From an uncultured Pseudomonadales bacterium (GTDB lineage: Bacteria; Patescibacteriota; Microgenomatia; UBA1400; UBA1396): a DNA stretch of 64,000 nt. This document shows, one piece after another, positions 9,859-19,708 of the stretch. The notes beneath the pieces are model-generated. The model was not told the origin of the DNA, searched no databases, and saw only the letters and a list, made by a program, of their open reading frames with translations. A program made the position numbers and the translations under genes. Positions within the stretch are counted from its first letter, which is position 1. The number at the start of each line of letters is the position of its first letter. The stretch covers positions 14,695 through 78,694 of the forward strand of contig CAYUUK010000004.1 of NCBI GenBank assembly GCA_964447905.1. Reading direction: 5' to 3'.

Positions 9859-11313
9859 ATGAAAGTATCTGTTATGGCACAGCAAGCACGACCACCAGTA
9901 GTAGCAATCCTTGGTCACGTTGATCACGGAAAAACTTCACTTCTGGACTATATTCGCCAGGCGCACGTCGCCGCTGGCGAGGCTGGTGGTATCACTCAGC
10001 ACATTGGTGCCTATCAGGCAGAGTACCAGGGTCAACCGATCACATTTATCGATACGCCAGGTCACGCCGCCTTTTCAGAAATGCGTTCTCGTGGGGCTGC
10101 GGCTACAGATATTGCGATCTTAGTGGTCGCTGCTGATGATGGCGTTAAGCCGCAAACAATTGAGTCTATCAAGTATATTCGCAAAGCTGGTGTACCAATG
10201 ATTGTGGCTATCAACAAAATTGATCTTCCTGATGCCTCTCCAGAAACAGTCAAGGCACAGCTCACTGAGCAAGAGATTTACGTTACAGGCTATGGTGGTG
10301 ACACCGAAGTCGTAGAACTCTCGGCCAAAGAGGGACTTGGTGTCGACAGCCTGTTAGAAACGATCTTAACGCTCGGTGAAATTCTCGAGCTCCAGGCCGA
10401 TCCGCAGGCGCCTTTTGAGGGGGTAGTGATTGAGTCAAGCAGAGATAAGTTTCGCGGGAGCTTAGCCACTGTTTTGGTGAAGCAAGGTACTCTGCACGCT
10501 CGAGATCCTCTCTTTTCTGAGGCTATTGATGGTTCTGTTCGCACAATGAACGATGCGACCGGGGCTCAGCTCGACGCAGTCGGTCCAAGTCAAGCTGTGG
10601 AGATAACCGGATTTAATGATGTCCCAGCTGTGGGTGCGCGAGTTACGTCTGAGCCACAAGAAGTGATTGTCAAGGAAACAGGGGCTAAAACCCTCGATCT
10701 TTCTCAATTCTTAGACGCTGATGTACGAAAACTGCGCGTGCTCGTAAAAGCCGACGTGGCTGGTTCGCTCGAAGCTGTTTTAGGCAGTCTGCCAGAAGAA
10801 AACTTAGAAGTTGTTGCTCAGGGAATCGGTGACATTACCGAATCTGATATTCAAATGGCCGAAACGAGCGGTGCTCGTATCTACGGCTTTAACGTAAAAG
10901 CCAGTGGCAGCATGAAAAAACTGGCCCAGCGCTTGGGTGTCAAACTGAGTACACATCGCATTATTTATGAAATGCTGGAAGAAGTAGAAAAGGCAATCTC
11001 TCGTATGCTAGCTCCAGATCAACTTGAGGAGGTTACTGGAAAAGCCGAGCTTCTGCAGGTTTTCCACATGCGCGGTGAGACAATTCTTGGTTGTCGAGTG
11101 GAAGAAGGGTACGTTCGTAAAAATGACCTGATTCGCTTAAAACGTGAAGAGAATACCGTGTATGAAGGTAAAATAGTCTCGGTTAAGCAAGGGAAAACGG
11201 ATCTTGATTCTGTTGAGGCTGGTGAAGAATGTGGTTTGATTGTCTCTACCAAGTCGGCAGATGAACCACAAGCGGGTGATATCTTAATAGCCTATAAAAT
11301 TATTTCTGAGTAA
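9859..11313 (+). CDS. infB: Translation initiation factor IF-2, minimal form starting at the G domain
   Basis: G1 '[15 protein letters not shown]', G3 'DTPGH', G4 'NKID'; C-terminal beta-barrel and C2 domains. No N-terminal extension (484 aa). Confidence 0.9.
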   Translation: MKVSVMAQQARPPVVAILGHVDHGKTSLLDYIRQAHVAAGEAGGITQHIGAYQAEYQGQPITFIDTPGHAAFSEMRSRGAAATDIAILVVAADDGVKPQTIESIKYIRKAGVPMIVAINKIDLPDASPETVKAQLTEQEIYVTGYGGDTEVVELSAKEGLGVDSLLETILTLGEILELQADPQAPFEGVVIESSRDKFRGSLATVLVKQGTLHARDPLFSEAIDGSVRTMNDATGAQLDAVGPSQAVEITGFNDVPAVGARVTSEPQEVIVKETGAKTLDLSQFLDADVRKLRVLVKADVAGSLEAVLGSLPEENLEVVAQGIGDITESDIQMAETSGARIYGFNVKASGSMKKLAQRLGVKLSTHRIIYEMLEEVEKAISRMLAPDQLEEVTGKAELLQVFHMRGETILGCRVEEGYVRKNDLIRLKREENTVYEGKIVSVKQGKTDLDSVEAGEECGLIVSTKSADEPQAGDILIAYKIISE

Positions 11314-11359
11314 TTACACCTTCCGTTTTGGATGATTTTCGGGTAAAATACCTTCTATT

Positions 11360-12259
11360 ATGGCAGGAAATGGTATGACAGACTTAACAGCTCTCGCAAC
11401 TGCGATGCAAAAAGCGCAGAATGTGGTGTGTTTTATTCACCCCCAGGCTACGTATGATGCTGTTGCGGCAGCTACCGCGTTTGCCGAGGCAGTAAATGCC
11501 TCTGGACGACACGCAGTAGTGGCTTGCGAAGCTCCAATGCGCCCAGAGTATAGTGCTCTTACCGGCATTTCAGCCGTGCAGCAAGAAGTTGGTAACCGTG
11601 ACTTGGTTATCTCTTTTGATTACTACGAAGAACAGGTCGATAAAGTCAACTACAACGTTGATGAGGCCAACAAGCGTTTTGAGTTGATTATCACGCCCCA
11701 AAAAGGTGGTTCTACCCTCGATCCCAAAAGCGTTCAGTTCCGTCAATCTGGCTTATCTGCTGATGTGGTAATTCTCTTTGGATTCCACAGTTTTGATGAA
11801 CTCGGTGCGTATTACCAAGACGAAAAATACACTATTGATAGTGCTTTCTCAGTTGCCCTTACGCAAGGTCGTATTTCTCCATTTGCCAAACTGCACAATG
11901 CTCTGCAATCTGAAGGCTTGACCTACTCTGAATGGGTGTATTTTGCTCTGCGTCAACTGCAGCTCGGTGAGATGAGTGCCGCTATTGCTTCCAACATCTT
12001 ATCTGGTATTGAGTACGGCACACAACGTCTGACAGACGTTCGCAGTGCACGAACTTTTGAAACCGTTGCTCAGCTTATGCATGCCGGTGCGAGCCGTCAG
12101 CCCAATAATCCCGCTTTTGACAACTTGGCTACGCCAATCCGAGATCAATTTGGCTCGAACACCTCATCTCCGCAGTTTGCTACAAACTTAGGAAATACCA
12201 ACTCTGGTGGATGGCAAGCTCCGCAAATGAATGTGCCGAACGGGCTTAACAACACATAA
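11360..12259 (+). CDS. DHH-family (NrnA-like) homolog with degenerate catalytic motifs
   Basis: 'VVCFIHPQATYDAVAAATAF' aligns to the DHH motif I-II region (H.NPDGDAIGS). 'VVILFGFHSFDELG' sits where the DHH triad should be, but reads FHS. Synteny nusA-infB-(rbfA)-nrnA is known from Actinobacteria. C-terminal Q/N/G-rich tail. Confidence 0.3.
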   Translation: MAGNGMTDLTALATAMQKAQNVVCFIHPQATYDAVAAATAFAEAVNASGRHAVVACEAPMRPEYSALTGISAVQQEVGNRDLVISFDYYEEQVDKVNYNVDEANKRFELIITPQKGGSTLDPKSVQFRQSGLSADVVILFGFHSFDELGAYYQDEKYTIDSAFSVALTQGRISPFAKLHNALQSEGLTYSEWVYFALRQLQLGEMSAAIASNILSGIEYGTQRLTDVRSARTFETVAQLMHAGASRQPNNPAFDNLATPIRDQFGSNTSSPQFATNLGNTNSGGWQAPQMNVPNGLNNT

Positions 12260-12285
12260 ACGTGTGCTTTTGAAATTTTGAAACA

Positions 12286-12314
12286 AAAACGGGTGTCAGA
12301 TGACACCCGTTTTT
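12286..12314. terminator. Bidirectional rho-independent terminator between the convergent 11360 gene and recA
   Basis: AAAAACGGGTGTCA-ga-TGACACCCGTTTTT; A-tract and T-tract flank a 12-bp stem. Confidence 0.6.
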
Positions 12315-12333
12315 AGATAAGGAGAAAGAGTGG

Positions 12334-13407
12334 TTATTCCTTCTTACTCGACTCTTTTTTGTCTTTTGTACTCTCAGATGCATCAGACTTGGCCTTTTTA
12401 GCCGCTTTTATTTCTTCCCATACTTTCTGCTTGATTTCGTTCATGAGTTTTTCATCACTCTCGAGCAAGTTTCTGGCGTTGTCACGACCCTGAGCGAGTG
12501 TTTCACCATTGTATTTGTAGAAACTGCCCGCTTTTTCCACAATACCCATGTCGGTGGCGACGTCGAGTACGCCTCCTGATTGGGAAATTCCGGAGTCGGC
12601 CATCATATCGAACTCTGTGGTTCGGAATGGAGGAGCCACTTTATTTTTTACGATACGAGCGCGGTGGCGAGTACCAGCAACTTCGTCTCCTTCTTGAATG
12701 TTGCCAATCTTGCGCATGTCGATACGCACCGAGGCGTAAAACTTCAATGCTTGACCACCGGAAGTGGTTTCCGGATTGCCGAACATTACGCCAATCTTTA
12801 AGCGAAGTTGGTTGGTGAAGATAACAACAGTGTTTGATTTGTTAATGACCGCTGCGAGTTTTCGCATCGCTTTCGACATGAGACGGGCATGTGTACCAAC
12901 GCTGTGGTCGGTCATTTCACCTTCAATTTCCGACTTTGGCACCAGTGCAGCCACCGAGTCGATCACGATGACGTCAAGTCCACCAGAGCGAATAAGTGTT
13001 TCAGCGATTTCTAAAGCCTGTTCACCATAATCTGGTTGCGCAATAAGAAGGTCTTCCAGATTGACGCCAATAGCAGCGGCTCTTTCTGGGTCGAGAGCGT
13101 GCTCTGCGTCGATGAATGCAGCGTTGCCACCGTTCTTCTGGGCTTCGGCAATCACGTGGAGACAGACAGTGGTTTTCCCGGATGCTTCTGGACCGTAAAT
13201 TTCAATAATACGTCCACGAGGCATACCACCAACGCCGAGTGCTAAATCGAGAGGCAGACACTGGGTGGAGATGGCGGGAATGGAGTACATATTCTCCATT
13301 TTCTTGCCGAGATGCATGATGGCGCCGTCACCAAAATTTTTATGAATTTGCTTGAGAGCAATATCGACAGCTTCTTTGCGCTGCTTTTGTTGCGTATCTT
13401 GAGCCAT
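12334..13407 (-). CDS. recA: Recombinase RecA
   Basis: '[20 protein letters not shown]' Walker A, 'FIDAEHALD', L1/L2 loop regions; 357 aa. Confidence 0.97.
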   Translation of the reverse strand: MAQDTQQKQRKEAVDIALKQIHKNFGDGAIMHLGKKMENMYSIPAISTQCLPLDLALGVGGMPRGRIIEIYGPEASGKTTVCLHVIAEAQKNGGNAAFIDAEHALDPERAAAIGVNLEDLLIAQPDYGEQALEIAETLIRSGGLDVIVIDSVAALVPKSEIEGEMTDHSVGTHARLMSKAMRKLAAVINKSNTVVIFTNQLRLKIGVMFGNPETTSGGQALKFYASVRIDMRKIGNIQEGDEVAGTRHRARIVKNKVAPPFRTTEFDMMADSGISQSGGVLDVATDMGIVEKAGSFYKYNGETLAQGRDNARNLLESDEKLMNEIKQKVWEEIKAAKKAKSDASESTKDKKESSKKE

Positions 13408-13473
13408 AGAGCCTACTTTCTCTTTTTCTTCTCGTTTCTTTAGTATTTATACAATGAAAAACCAACAAAAATC

Positions 13474-13785
13474 TTACGATTTTTTCGATTGGTGGGCAGA
13501 AAATTTAGGAAATTTCTTTTTTGCCTCTGAAACAGCGGTAGAAACTTCCTCTTTTACCGCGCGATATTCATCTACAAGCGACTGGACCTCAGCAGACTCC
13601 AGCGTGGATTCGAGTGTTGGTTCGAACTCTTCTCGAAGTCGCTGTAGTACTTTTTTGCCTTTATCCGTGCTGAAAAGGAGCGTGCCGAGTGCCCCACCTA
13701 ACACCCCGAGGAAAAACCCGGCGGCAAATCCGCCAGAAGAGGCCGTCTCAGCGGGTTCTGGTACTTGATTAGTCTTTTTTTTCAT
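13474..13785 (-). CDS. YtxH-like small membrane protein
   Basis: 'GFFLGVLGGALGTLLFSTDKGKKV' matches the YtxH/DUF3618 signature (GxxxGxxxGxxxGLLFAPKSGKE), followed by a charged helical tail. Confidence 0.5.
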   Translation of the reverse strand: MKKKTNQVPEPAETASSGGFAAGFFLGVLGGALGTLLFSTDKGKKVLQRLREEFEPTLESTLESAEVQSLVDEYRAVKEEVSTAVSEAKKKFPKFSAHQSKKS

Positions 13786-14044
13786 GGTGTTTTTCTGTTA
13801 TGAACGTTGAAAATGTTTCGAGGAGGCGGAATCCGGTTTTCATGCCATTGACCATGCCTCCAACTTGCTTGAGAGGAGTGAGCGTAGCGGTGACGGTGGT
13901 TTCAATAACTTCCGTCATTTGATTGAACCGCTGCAGGGATCGTTTAACTTCTTGGAGTACCAGAATTACTTGAACCCCTACGATGACCAGAACGAGGGCC
14001 AATACAGCAGCGACGACGGTGAGAATAATGGCTAGTGGATCCAT
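13769..14044 (-). CDS. DUF948 (YtxG-like) membrane protein; the likely start is internal Met (MDPLAIIL...), and the longer ORF to 14287 is probably over-extended
   Basis: Single N-terminal TM helix 'AIILTVVAAVLALVLVIVGVQVILVL' then a coiled-coil, the architecture of Bacillus YtxG. Adjacent to a YtxH-like gene, as in the ytxGHJ operon. Confidence 0.4.
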   Translation of the reverse strand: MDPLAIILTVVAAVLALVLVIVGVQVILVLQEVKRSLQRFNQMTEVIETTVTATLTPLKQVGGMVNGMKTGFRLLETFSTFITEKHHEKKD

Positions 14045-14126
14045 AGCCACAGTATAGACATGAACCGAAGAAAACTGCAAGAGGAGGAGTTTTTTATTCG
14101 TGTTTTTTTGTGTATAATCAGATTCC

Positions 14127-15155
14127 TTGGAAAGTATGCAGAAAAGACGCTGGCAGGTGGAACGAAGATTAGAGGGTGGAAAAAGTGGAGCTACTGTTGA
14201 GCTGCTAGTAGATCCTGTTTCGGGTGAGCACAGTGTGCGTAAAAAGGGGTTTACGTCTAGTGATCCGAATGAAAGAGATGCGTTCATTCTTGATAAAAAT
14301 CTCTTTGGCGGTGGAGCTCACCTCAATCCAGTCGAGATGTATACATCAGAGGATGTTTGTTGGCAGTTAGCTCCGTATATTGATGGAAATGTCTTTTCTG
14401 AACTTCTTTTGGGAAATGGGGAACAGATTCTTTTAGCGCATAATCTCCGCATGTTGCTAGTAGCCTCAATGAGGAGAGGTGGGTATTTTTCACAGAAGCA
14501 TCTTCAGTCTGCAGCACGTTTTTTTAGCCAGTATCTCTTTCAAGGGGCTACCAAGCCGATGGATGTTCTCGATTCTCTCCCAGGAGTAGAACAGCGCGCG
14601 ATTTGTGGCTACGATTTGCGGAGCGTTTTACTCGATACCGTCGGTTTCTTATTGGAAGAGGAAACGCTTGTACCATGTGGCTTCTATCCGGTGGATCTCA
14701 ATGCTTCCAATATTTTTTCCGTGAATGATACTGTTCAAGTTATTGATCAGCAGTTGTTGTTTAGCTCTCCAGCAATTATCGCCGCCAAGCTACAGTTTGG
14801 GTGGCGTCACTTTGCAACTTCGGTAGATGAGTATTCTTTATCAGTTTTAGCGGCACAAAGAAGCCACTTGATGGGGAATATTCCGTTAATTTCTCGGCTT
14901 GATCAAGTGTTTTTGGAGTTTTTTGCTGAGCAATTCGCTTGGTGTGATCCTGATATCTTTGCCACTATTTTGCAGCAAGTACATGCTATTCAGCTTTTTC
15001 GCAATATTCGTGGTGTACTGCATTATGCGGTGAATACACGAAAAGTGAGTGAACAAGACGTTCAAGACTTTATTTCACCATTTTTTCGCTTAGTAGCCGA
15101 AAACGCTCAATTTCTCTCGAGCACGCGGAGTGATCTCAAACACTCCACTCGGTAA
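14127..15155 (+). CDS. Protein-kinase-like fold phosphotransferase (APH/choline-kinase-like), possibly atypical
   Basis: Gly-rich loop 'GGKSGATVELL' followed by a Lys-containing 'VRKKG'. Catalytic-loop-like 'YPVDLNASNIF' (D-x4-N) and 'VIDQQ' at the DFG position. The canonical His of HxD is absent. Confidence 0.35.
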   Translation: MESMQKRRWQVERRLEGGKSGATVELLVDPVSGEHSVRKKGFTSSDPNERDAFILDKNLFGGGAHLNPVEMYTSEDVCWQLAPYIDGNVFSELLLGNGEQILLAHNLRMLLVASMRRGGYFSQKHLQSAARFFSQYLFQGATKPMDVLDSLPGVEQRAICGYDLRSVLLDTVGFLLEEETLVPCGFYPVDLNASNIFSVNDTVQVIDQQLLFSSPAIIAAKLQFGWRHFATSVDEYSLSVLAAQRSHLMGNIPLISRLDQVFLEFFAEQFAWCDPDIFATILQQVHAIQLFRNIRGVLHYAVNTRKVSEQDVQDFISPFFRLVAENAQFLSSTRSDLKHSTR

Positions 15156-15162
15156 AGTGAGG

Positions 15163-15798
15163 TTACTCTACAGTAACAAAAAGAATTTTTTCGGCTCGTC
15201 GGCCTCGACTATCTTCGGCGGTAATCACTATAGCTCGCTCTCCGGGTGGCAGCGGTAAATCATAACGAAAATTCCCTTCTAGATCGAGAGTAATCACTTC
15301 CGTGTTGATGGTCACCGTGTTGTCAGGTGAGGTGCTGCCGGTAACGGTTACTGGTGAGGTTAGGGTTTCTTGATTAGTGGGCTGAGATACAGAGAGACTG
15401 GGTGGTTGGCTGAGTGCAAACCACTGCCAACTGGCATACAGTGTGCCCAGCAGTGTAATCGCTATGAGCGCCAGCAGGGAGAGAAATCTTGGTGTGAAAA
15501 TGAGATTTTTGAGTTTCCAGCCACGACGCAGGCGGCGCGGGAGTTGAGTGGTGTGAGAAAGCGTGGGATCTACGTCGCGCCTATAGAGCGCGAGCGCAGT
15601 TTCTTCGCTGATACCGGTCTCTTGTGCGAGCAGTAATACGTATCCGCGCACCAGTGGAGCTGCCGGTAATGAGGTGTAGTTTTCGGCTTCAAGATTTTCG
15701 ATAACCTGAACGGGAATTGCGGTGCGACGAGAGAGACCGCCAACGGTCATTTGTTTTTTCTCTCGATACGAGCGGAGAACCTGACCCAGTGTTTTCAT
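15163..15798 (-). CDS. RodZ-like HTH (XRE) membrane protein
   Basis: N-terminal HTH 'LGQVLRSYREKKQMTVGGLSRRTAIPVQVIENLEAE', central TM helix, C-terminal DUF4115-like beta domain; precedes ftsK on the same strand. Confidence 0.55.
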   Translation of the reverse strand: MKTLGQVLRSYREKKQMTVGGLSRRTAIPVQVIENLEAENYTSLPAAPLVRGYVLLLAQETGISEETALALYRRDVDPTLSHTTQLPRRLRRGWKLKNLIFTPRFLSLLALIAITLLGTLYASWQWFALSQPPSLSVSQPTNQETLTSPVTVTGSTSPDNTVTINTEVITLDLEGNFRYDLPLPPGERAIVITAEDSRGRRAEKILFVTVE

Positions 15799-15804
15799 TG
15801 CGAG

Positions 15805-17967
15805 TTACGCCGCTTGTTCTTTTTCTGACCAGTAGGCTTCGACGGCTTTTTTGTTGACTTCGCGCGGTTGAGAGGCTTTTTGTTCGCCAACCATACCAAA
15901 TTGCTCAAGTTGATCGAGTATGCGAGCGGCGCGGTTGTAGCCAATGGAGAGGCGACGTTGCAAGTAGGAAGCCGAACCTTTCCCATCTTCGTACACGATT
16001 TTGACTGCTTCGTCGAACATATCGTCTAGCTCTTCGCCACCGGGTGCTATGGCCGTGCCAGCAGCGGCATTTTCGAACTTTTCGATAACTTCTGATTGGT
16101 AGTCTGGTTGTTCGTACTGCTTGCGCAGATACTCGATGAGTTTCTTGATTTCGTCGTCAGAAACGTAGGTGCCTTGGATACGACGAGGCTTCGACTCATC
16201 TGGAGGTACATAGAGCATGTCACCACGTCCAAGGAGTTTTTCGGCGCCGGTGGTGTCTAAAACCACGCGTGAGTCGGTGCTGGAAGATACGTTAAAGGCA
16301 ATACGAGTAGGCACGTTGGCTTTAATCAAACCAGTAATAACATCCACGGAAGGACGCTGTGTGGCCAAAACCAGGTGAATTCCCACCGCACGAGCCATTT
16401 GCGCGATACGGACAATACATTCTTCCACTTCTGCCGGCGCAAAGAGCATAAGGTCAGCTAACTCGTCGATAACAATAACGATGTACGGCATGGCTTGGAA
16501 ACCAGACATCTCGTTAAAGCCAGCAATGTTGCGGACACCCACTTCGGCAAACACTTTATAGCGTTTGTCCATTTCGGCAGTAGCCCAACGCAGGGCGGCA
16601 ACAACTTTTTTTGGATCGGTAATGACGGGAGTGAGCAAATGGGGAATGTCATTGTAGAGCGTTAACTCGACGCGTTTTGGGTCAACCATAATGAACTTGA
16701 CTTCTTCGGGGGAGGCGCGGAAGAGAATCGAGGTAATAAACGAGTTTACACAGACCGATTTACCGGATCCGGTGGCACCGGCCACCAAGACGTGCGGCAT
16801 TTTGCTAATGTCGGCGAGAACTGGTTCTCCGGCCACGTTGAGACCCATTGCTACGGCGAGCTTTGATTTATCGTTTTGCATCGTTTTCGAGGTCAACATG
16901 GTGCGTAGAGAGACAAACTCCAGCGAGCGGTTGGGAATTTCGATACCTACCAGTGAGCGCCCAGGAATTGGCGCTTCGATACGAATCTGGCCGGTCGGTG
17001 CCGCAAGGGCAAGCGCTAAGTCGTTAGCCAAAGAGGTAATCTTGGTGAGTTTAGTACCTGTACTAATTTGGATGGCATACTGCGTAACCGCTGGACCACA
17101 GTTCACCTCCATAACGCGGGCTTTGACGCCAAATGATTCGAGGGTGTCCTCAATTGTTTGAGCGTTTTTATTAATGTCTCCGCGGTCGGCGGCTTTTCCG
17201 CGTTTGTTGCTCAAGAGGGTGAGTGGTGGATACTCCCACACAGTAGTACCTGGTTCGTTGGCCAGAGGCGCTTGTGATTGTTCATTGGCTTCGACGTCAA
17301 CAATGGTTGGTTTATTTTCGTTAACCACAAAGGAGTCTGGTTTCTGAGCAGTCTCCACTTCTGTGGCGTCTTTCTGTGCCGCCGCTTTTTTGCCACCCAG
17401 TGAGAAACCTTTGATCGTAAAGCCCGTGTCCTCTTTTTCATTTTTGGCATCTTCTTTTTCAGATTTCTTGTCTTTTTCTGCTTTGGCAGCGGTATCAACC
17501 TCAACCATTGAAGCAAGATACGCAAAAATTTCGCGGATTGAGGTATCCGTAAAGATCATAAAGCCAGCTACACCGACAAGTGTAAAGACAAAACGGGTGC
17601 CAACAGGATGGATCAAGTCTGCAAAGTTGGAGAACAGTGCTTGTCCAGCTTCACCAGTGGTAAAGAGTGTAAGAAAGGACAAGAAAAACAGAAATGACCC
17701 GAGCAATACTTGTGGTTTTGCAAAAGACCACTTGGCGCCGGTAAGAACCATACCTGCGGAAATGAAGACGAAAGGCAGTAACAGGCTTGAGGCACCAAAC
17801 ATATTGCGCAGTACATTATTTACGGCTTGCAGTGACTCGCCCTGACCAGAAAAGGAAACGACGATCAAGCCAGCGACCGCGAAAAAGACTAAACTTCCCA
17901 AAGAGTAAATCGTTTCGAGTCGAAGCTTCAGTTTAAATGGTGATTTTTTTCTTCCCCGACGGGCCAT
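15805..17967 (-). CDS. ftsK: DNA translocase FtsK/SpoIIIE
   Basis: N-terminal TM helices; motor domain 'LVAGATGSGKSVCVNSFITSILF' (Walker A), 'IVIVIDELADLM' (Walker B); C-terminal gamma (KOPS-binding) winged helix 'SASYLQRRLSIGYNRAARILDQLEQFG'. Confidence 0.95.
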   Translation of the reverse strand: MARRGRKKSPFKLKLRLETIYSLGSLVFFAVAGLIVVSFSGQGESLQAVNNVLRNMFGASSLLLPFVFISAGMVLTGAKWSFAKPQVLLGSFLFFLSFLTLFTTGEAGQALFSNFADLIHPVGTRFVFTLVGVAGFMIFTDTSIREIFAYLASMVEVDTAAKAEKDKKSEKEDAKNEKEDTGFTIKGFSLGGKKAAAQKDATEVETAQKPDSFVVNENKPTIVDVEANEQSQAPLANEPGTTVWEYPPLTLLSNKRGKAADRGDINKNAQTIEDTLESFGVKARVMEVNCGPAVTQYAIQISTGTKLTKITSLANDLALALAAPTGQIRIEAPIPGRSLVGIEIPNRSLEFVSLRTMLTSKTMQNDKSKLAVAMGLNVAGEPVLADISKMPHVLVAGATGSGKSVCVNSFITSILFRASPEEVKFIMVDPKRVELTLYNDIPHLLTPVITDPKKVVAALRWATAEMDKRYKVFAEVGVRNIAGFNEMSGFQAMPYIVIVIDELADLMLFAPAEVEECIVRIAQMARAVGIHLVLATQRPSVDVITGLIKANVPTRIAFNVSSSTDSRVVLDTTGAEKLLGRGDMLYVPPDESKPRRIQGTYVSDDEIKKLIEYLRKQYEQPDYQSEVIEKFENAAAGTAIAPGGEELDDMFDEAVKIVYEDGKGSASYLQRRLSIGYNRAARILDQLEQFGMVGEQKASQPREVNKKAVEAYWSEKEQAA

Positions 17968-18070
17968 AGATTCCTACTTTATCACTTTCACCAAGAGGTT
18001 TACAATACTTACGCCAGGCACTTGTGTGCCAAAGTTTTTGCGTAAAAAAATAAACTAGAGAAAGAAGTCT

Positions 18071-19480
18071 ATGCATCGCACAAAGATTGTTTCGACCATT
18101 GGACCAGTTTCTGATACAGAAGAAATGATGGCCGCCTTAATGAAGGCTGGAGCCGACGTTTTCCGCTTCAACATGAAGCATGGTGACGTGGCTTGGCATG
18201 AAGAGCGTATCAAGCGCGCTCAAAAAGTAGCGGATGAGCTCGGTCGAGCGATTGGTATCCTGATCGATTTACAGGGCCCAGAAATTCGTATTGAGACCAA
18301 AGACAAAGAGCCTATGCCTCTCGATGCCGGAGAAGAAGTACTTTTAGCTACCGACTACGTAGAGGGCAAAAAGACAATCGTTGTGCCAGATGAAGGTGTG
18401 ATCGCCGCTTTGTCAGTTGGTGATGAAGTCCTCATTGACGACGGTTTCATGGAGTTCGAAATTATTGGTGAAGCCAGGAGTGGTTGGCGCATGCGCTCAC
18501 GCGGTTCCTATACCGTTACGCACCGCAAAGGTATGAACTTGCCTGGAATTAAGCTCGACCTCGCTTCTTTAATTGATGACGATTTGAGAAAGCTGGACAT
18601 GGCCTCTCGTGAACATGTCGATTTCGTAGCGCTTTCCTTTGTCCGCAACGCTGAAGATATTCGTATTTTGCGTGGTGAGATGGAAAAGAGAAGCATCGAC
18701 GCTCACGTCGTAGCCAAGATTGAAAACGCCGCAGCTTTGGAAAACATTGATGAGATCATCGAGAATACTGACTCCGTGATGATTGCTCGCGGGGACCTTG
18801 GTATTGAGGTGCCCTATGAGGAACTTGCCTACTGGCAGAAGAAGCTCATCTACAAATGTCGTTTGGCTGAGAAACCAGTGATTACCGCAACACAAATGCT
18901 GCAGTCAATGGTGGAGTCTCCTCGTCCCACCCGCGCTGAAGTCACGGACGTGGCCAACGCCGTTTTCGATGGCTCAGATGCGGTCATGCTTTCTGGCGAA
19001 ACTGCTCAAGGAAAGTACCCTGCGGGTGCAGTGGCTGCTATGCGTCGTATTGTGGAGTTCAACGAAGACAAGGTTATTCTTCCTCCGTTGGCTGATCTTG
19101 GTACTCTTGACCAGACTGAGGCGATCACTCGTGCTGCCATGAACTTGGTATCACAAGAAACTGATTACGATATTGCCGGAATAGTGGTCTTTACCGAGAC
19201 CGGAAACACCGCCCGTGCATTGGCTCGTTTCCGTCCAAGTGTTCCGCTGATTGCTTTGACTCAAGACGAAAAGGTTCGTGATGAGTTAATGCTTGCCTAT
19301 GGAGTGAGTCCAATTTTGACCGAGTTCCCAGAAGGTGACATTATTTCAGTTGATCCAGTCATTGCGCATCTGAAAGAACGTGGAATTGTTGAAGCCGGAC
19401 AGAGACTGCTCTTTGTTCATGGTCACCGCTGGAGTGAGCCTGGTTTGACCAATACGCTTGCTTTAAAAGAAGTAAAGTAA
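18071..19480 (+). CDS. pyk: Pyruvate kinase
   Basis: 'KIVSTIGP', 'FRFNMKHGD', 'MIARGDLGIEVP', 'MLSGETAQGKYP' pyruvate-kinase signatures. Confidence 0.95.
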   Translation: MHRTKIVSTIGPVSDTEEMMAALMKAGADVFRFNMKHGDVAWHEERIKRAQKVADELGRAIGILIDLQGPEIRIETKDKEPMPLDAGEEVLLATDYVEGKKTIVVPDEGVIAALSVGDEVLIDDGFMEFEIIGEARSGWRMRSRGSYTVTHRKGMNLPGIKLDLASLIDDDLRKLDMASREHVDFVALSFVRNAEDIRILRGEMEKRSIDAHVVAKIENAAALENIDEIIENTDSVMIARGDLGIEVPYEELAYWQKKLIYKCRLAEKPVITATQMLQSMVESPRPTRAEVTDVANAVFDGSDAVMLSGETAQGKYPAGAVAAMRRIVEFNEDKVILPPLADLGTLDQTEAITRAAMNLVSQETDYDIAGIVVFTETGNTARALARFRPSVPLIALTQDEKVRDELMLAYGVSPILTEFPEGDIISVDPVIAHLKERGIVEAGQRLLFVHGHRWSEPGLTNTLALKEVK

Positions 19481-19538
19481 GGTATATATTCAATGAAGCT
19501 CTCTCGAGAGATTTTTTAGAAATCTGAGGGAGTTGAGG

Positions 19539-19580
19539 GAGGCGGGCGCCGCGACAGATGTCGCGGCGCCCGCCTCTTTT
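19539..19580. terminator. Very GC-rich 18-bp hairpin plus TTTT; terminator between convergent pyk and the glycosylation operon
   Basis: GAGGCGGGCGCCGCGACA-ga-TGTCGCGGCGCCCGCCTC-TTTT; a perfect stem far more GC-rich than the surrounding sequence. Confidence 0.7.
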
Positions 19581-19708
19581 CCTTCTCCCACCGACTTCCA
19601 CTCCAAGACCACTCGTTCATGCTCTCAATGCATGACTGCAAAAGCGAATCAGAAAGTATTGTTTCTCAAAAAATGTGAGAGAAGGCTTGCAAATCCACTT
19701 TAGAGAAC

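Noticed and set aside
14045-14287. N-terminal 81-aa extension of the DUF948 ORF (MNASLSF...)
   Set aside because: The extension overlaps the divergent kinase-like gene start and is low-complexity; the internal Met gives a canonical DUF948 length and topology.
16691-17845. Plus-strand ORFs (156 and 160 aa) inside ftsK
   Set aside because: Antisense to FtsK motor domain; no recognisable features.
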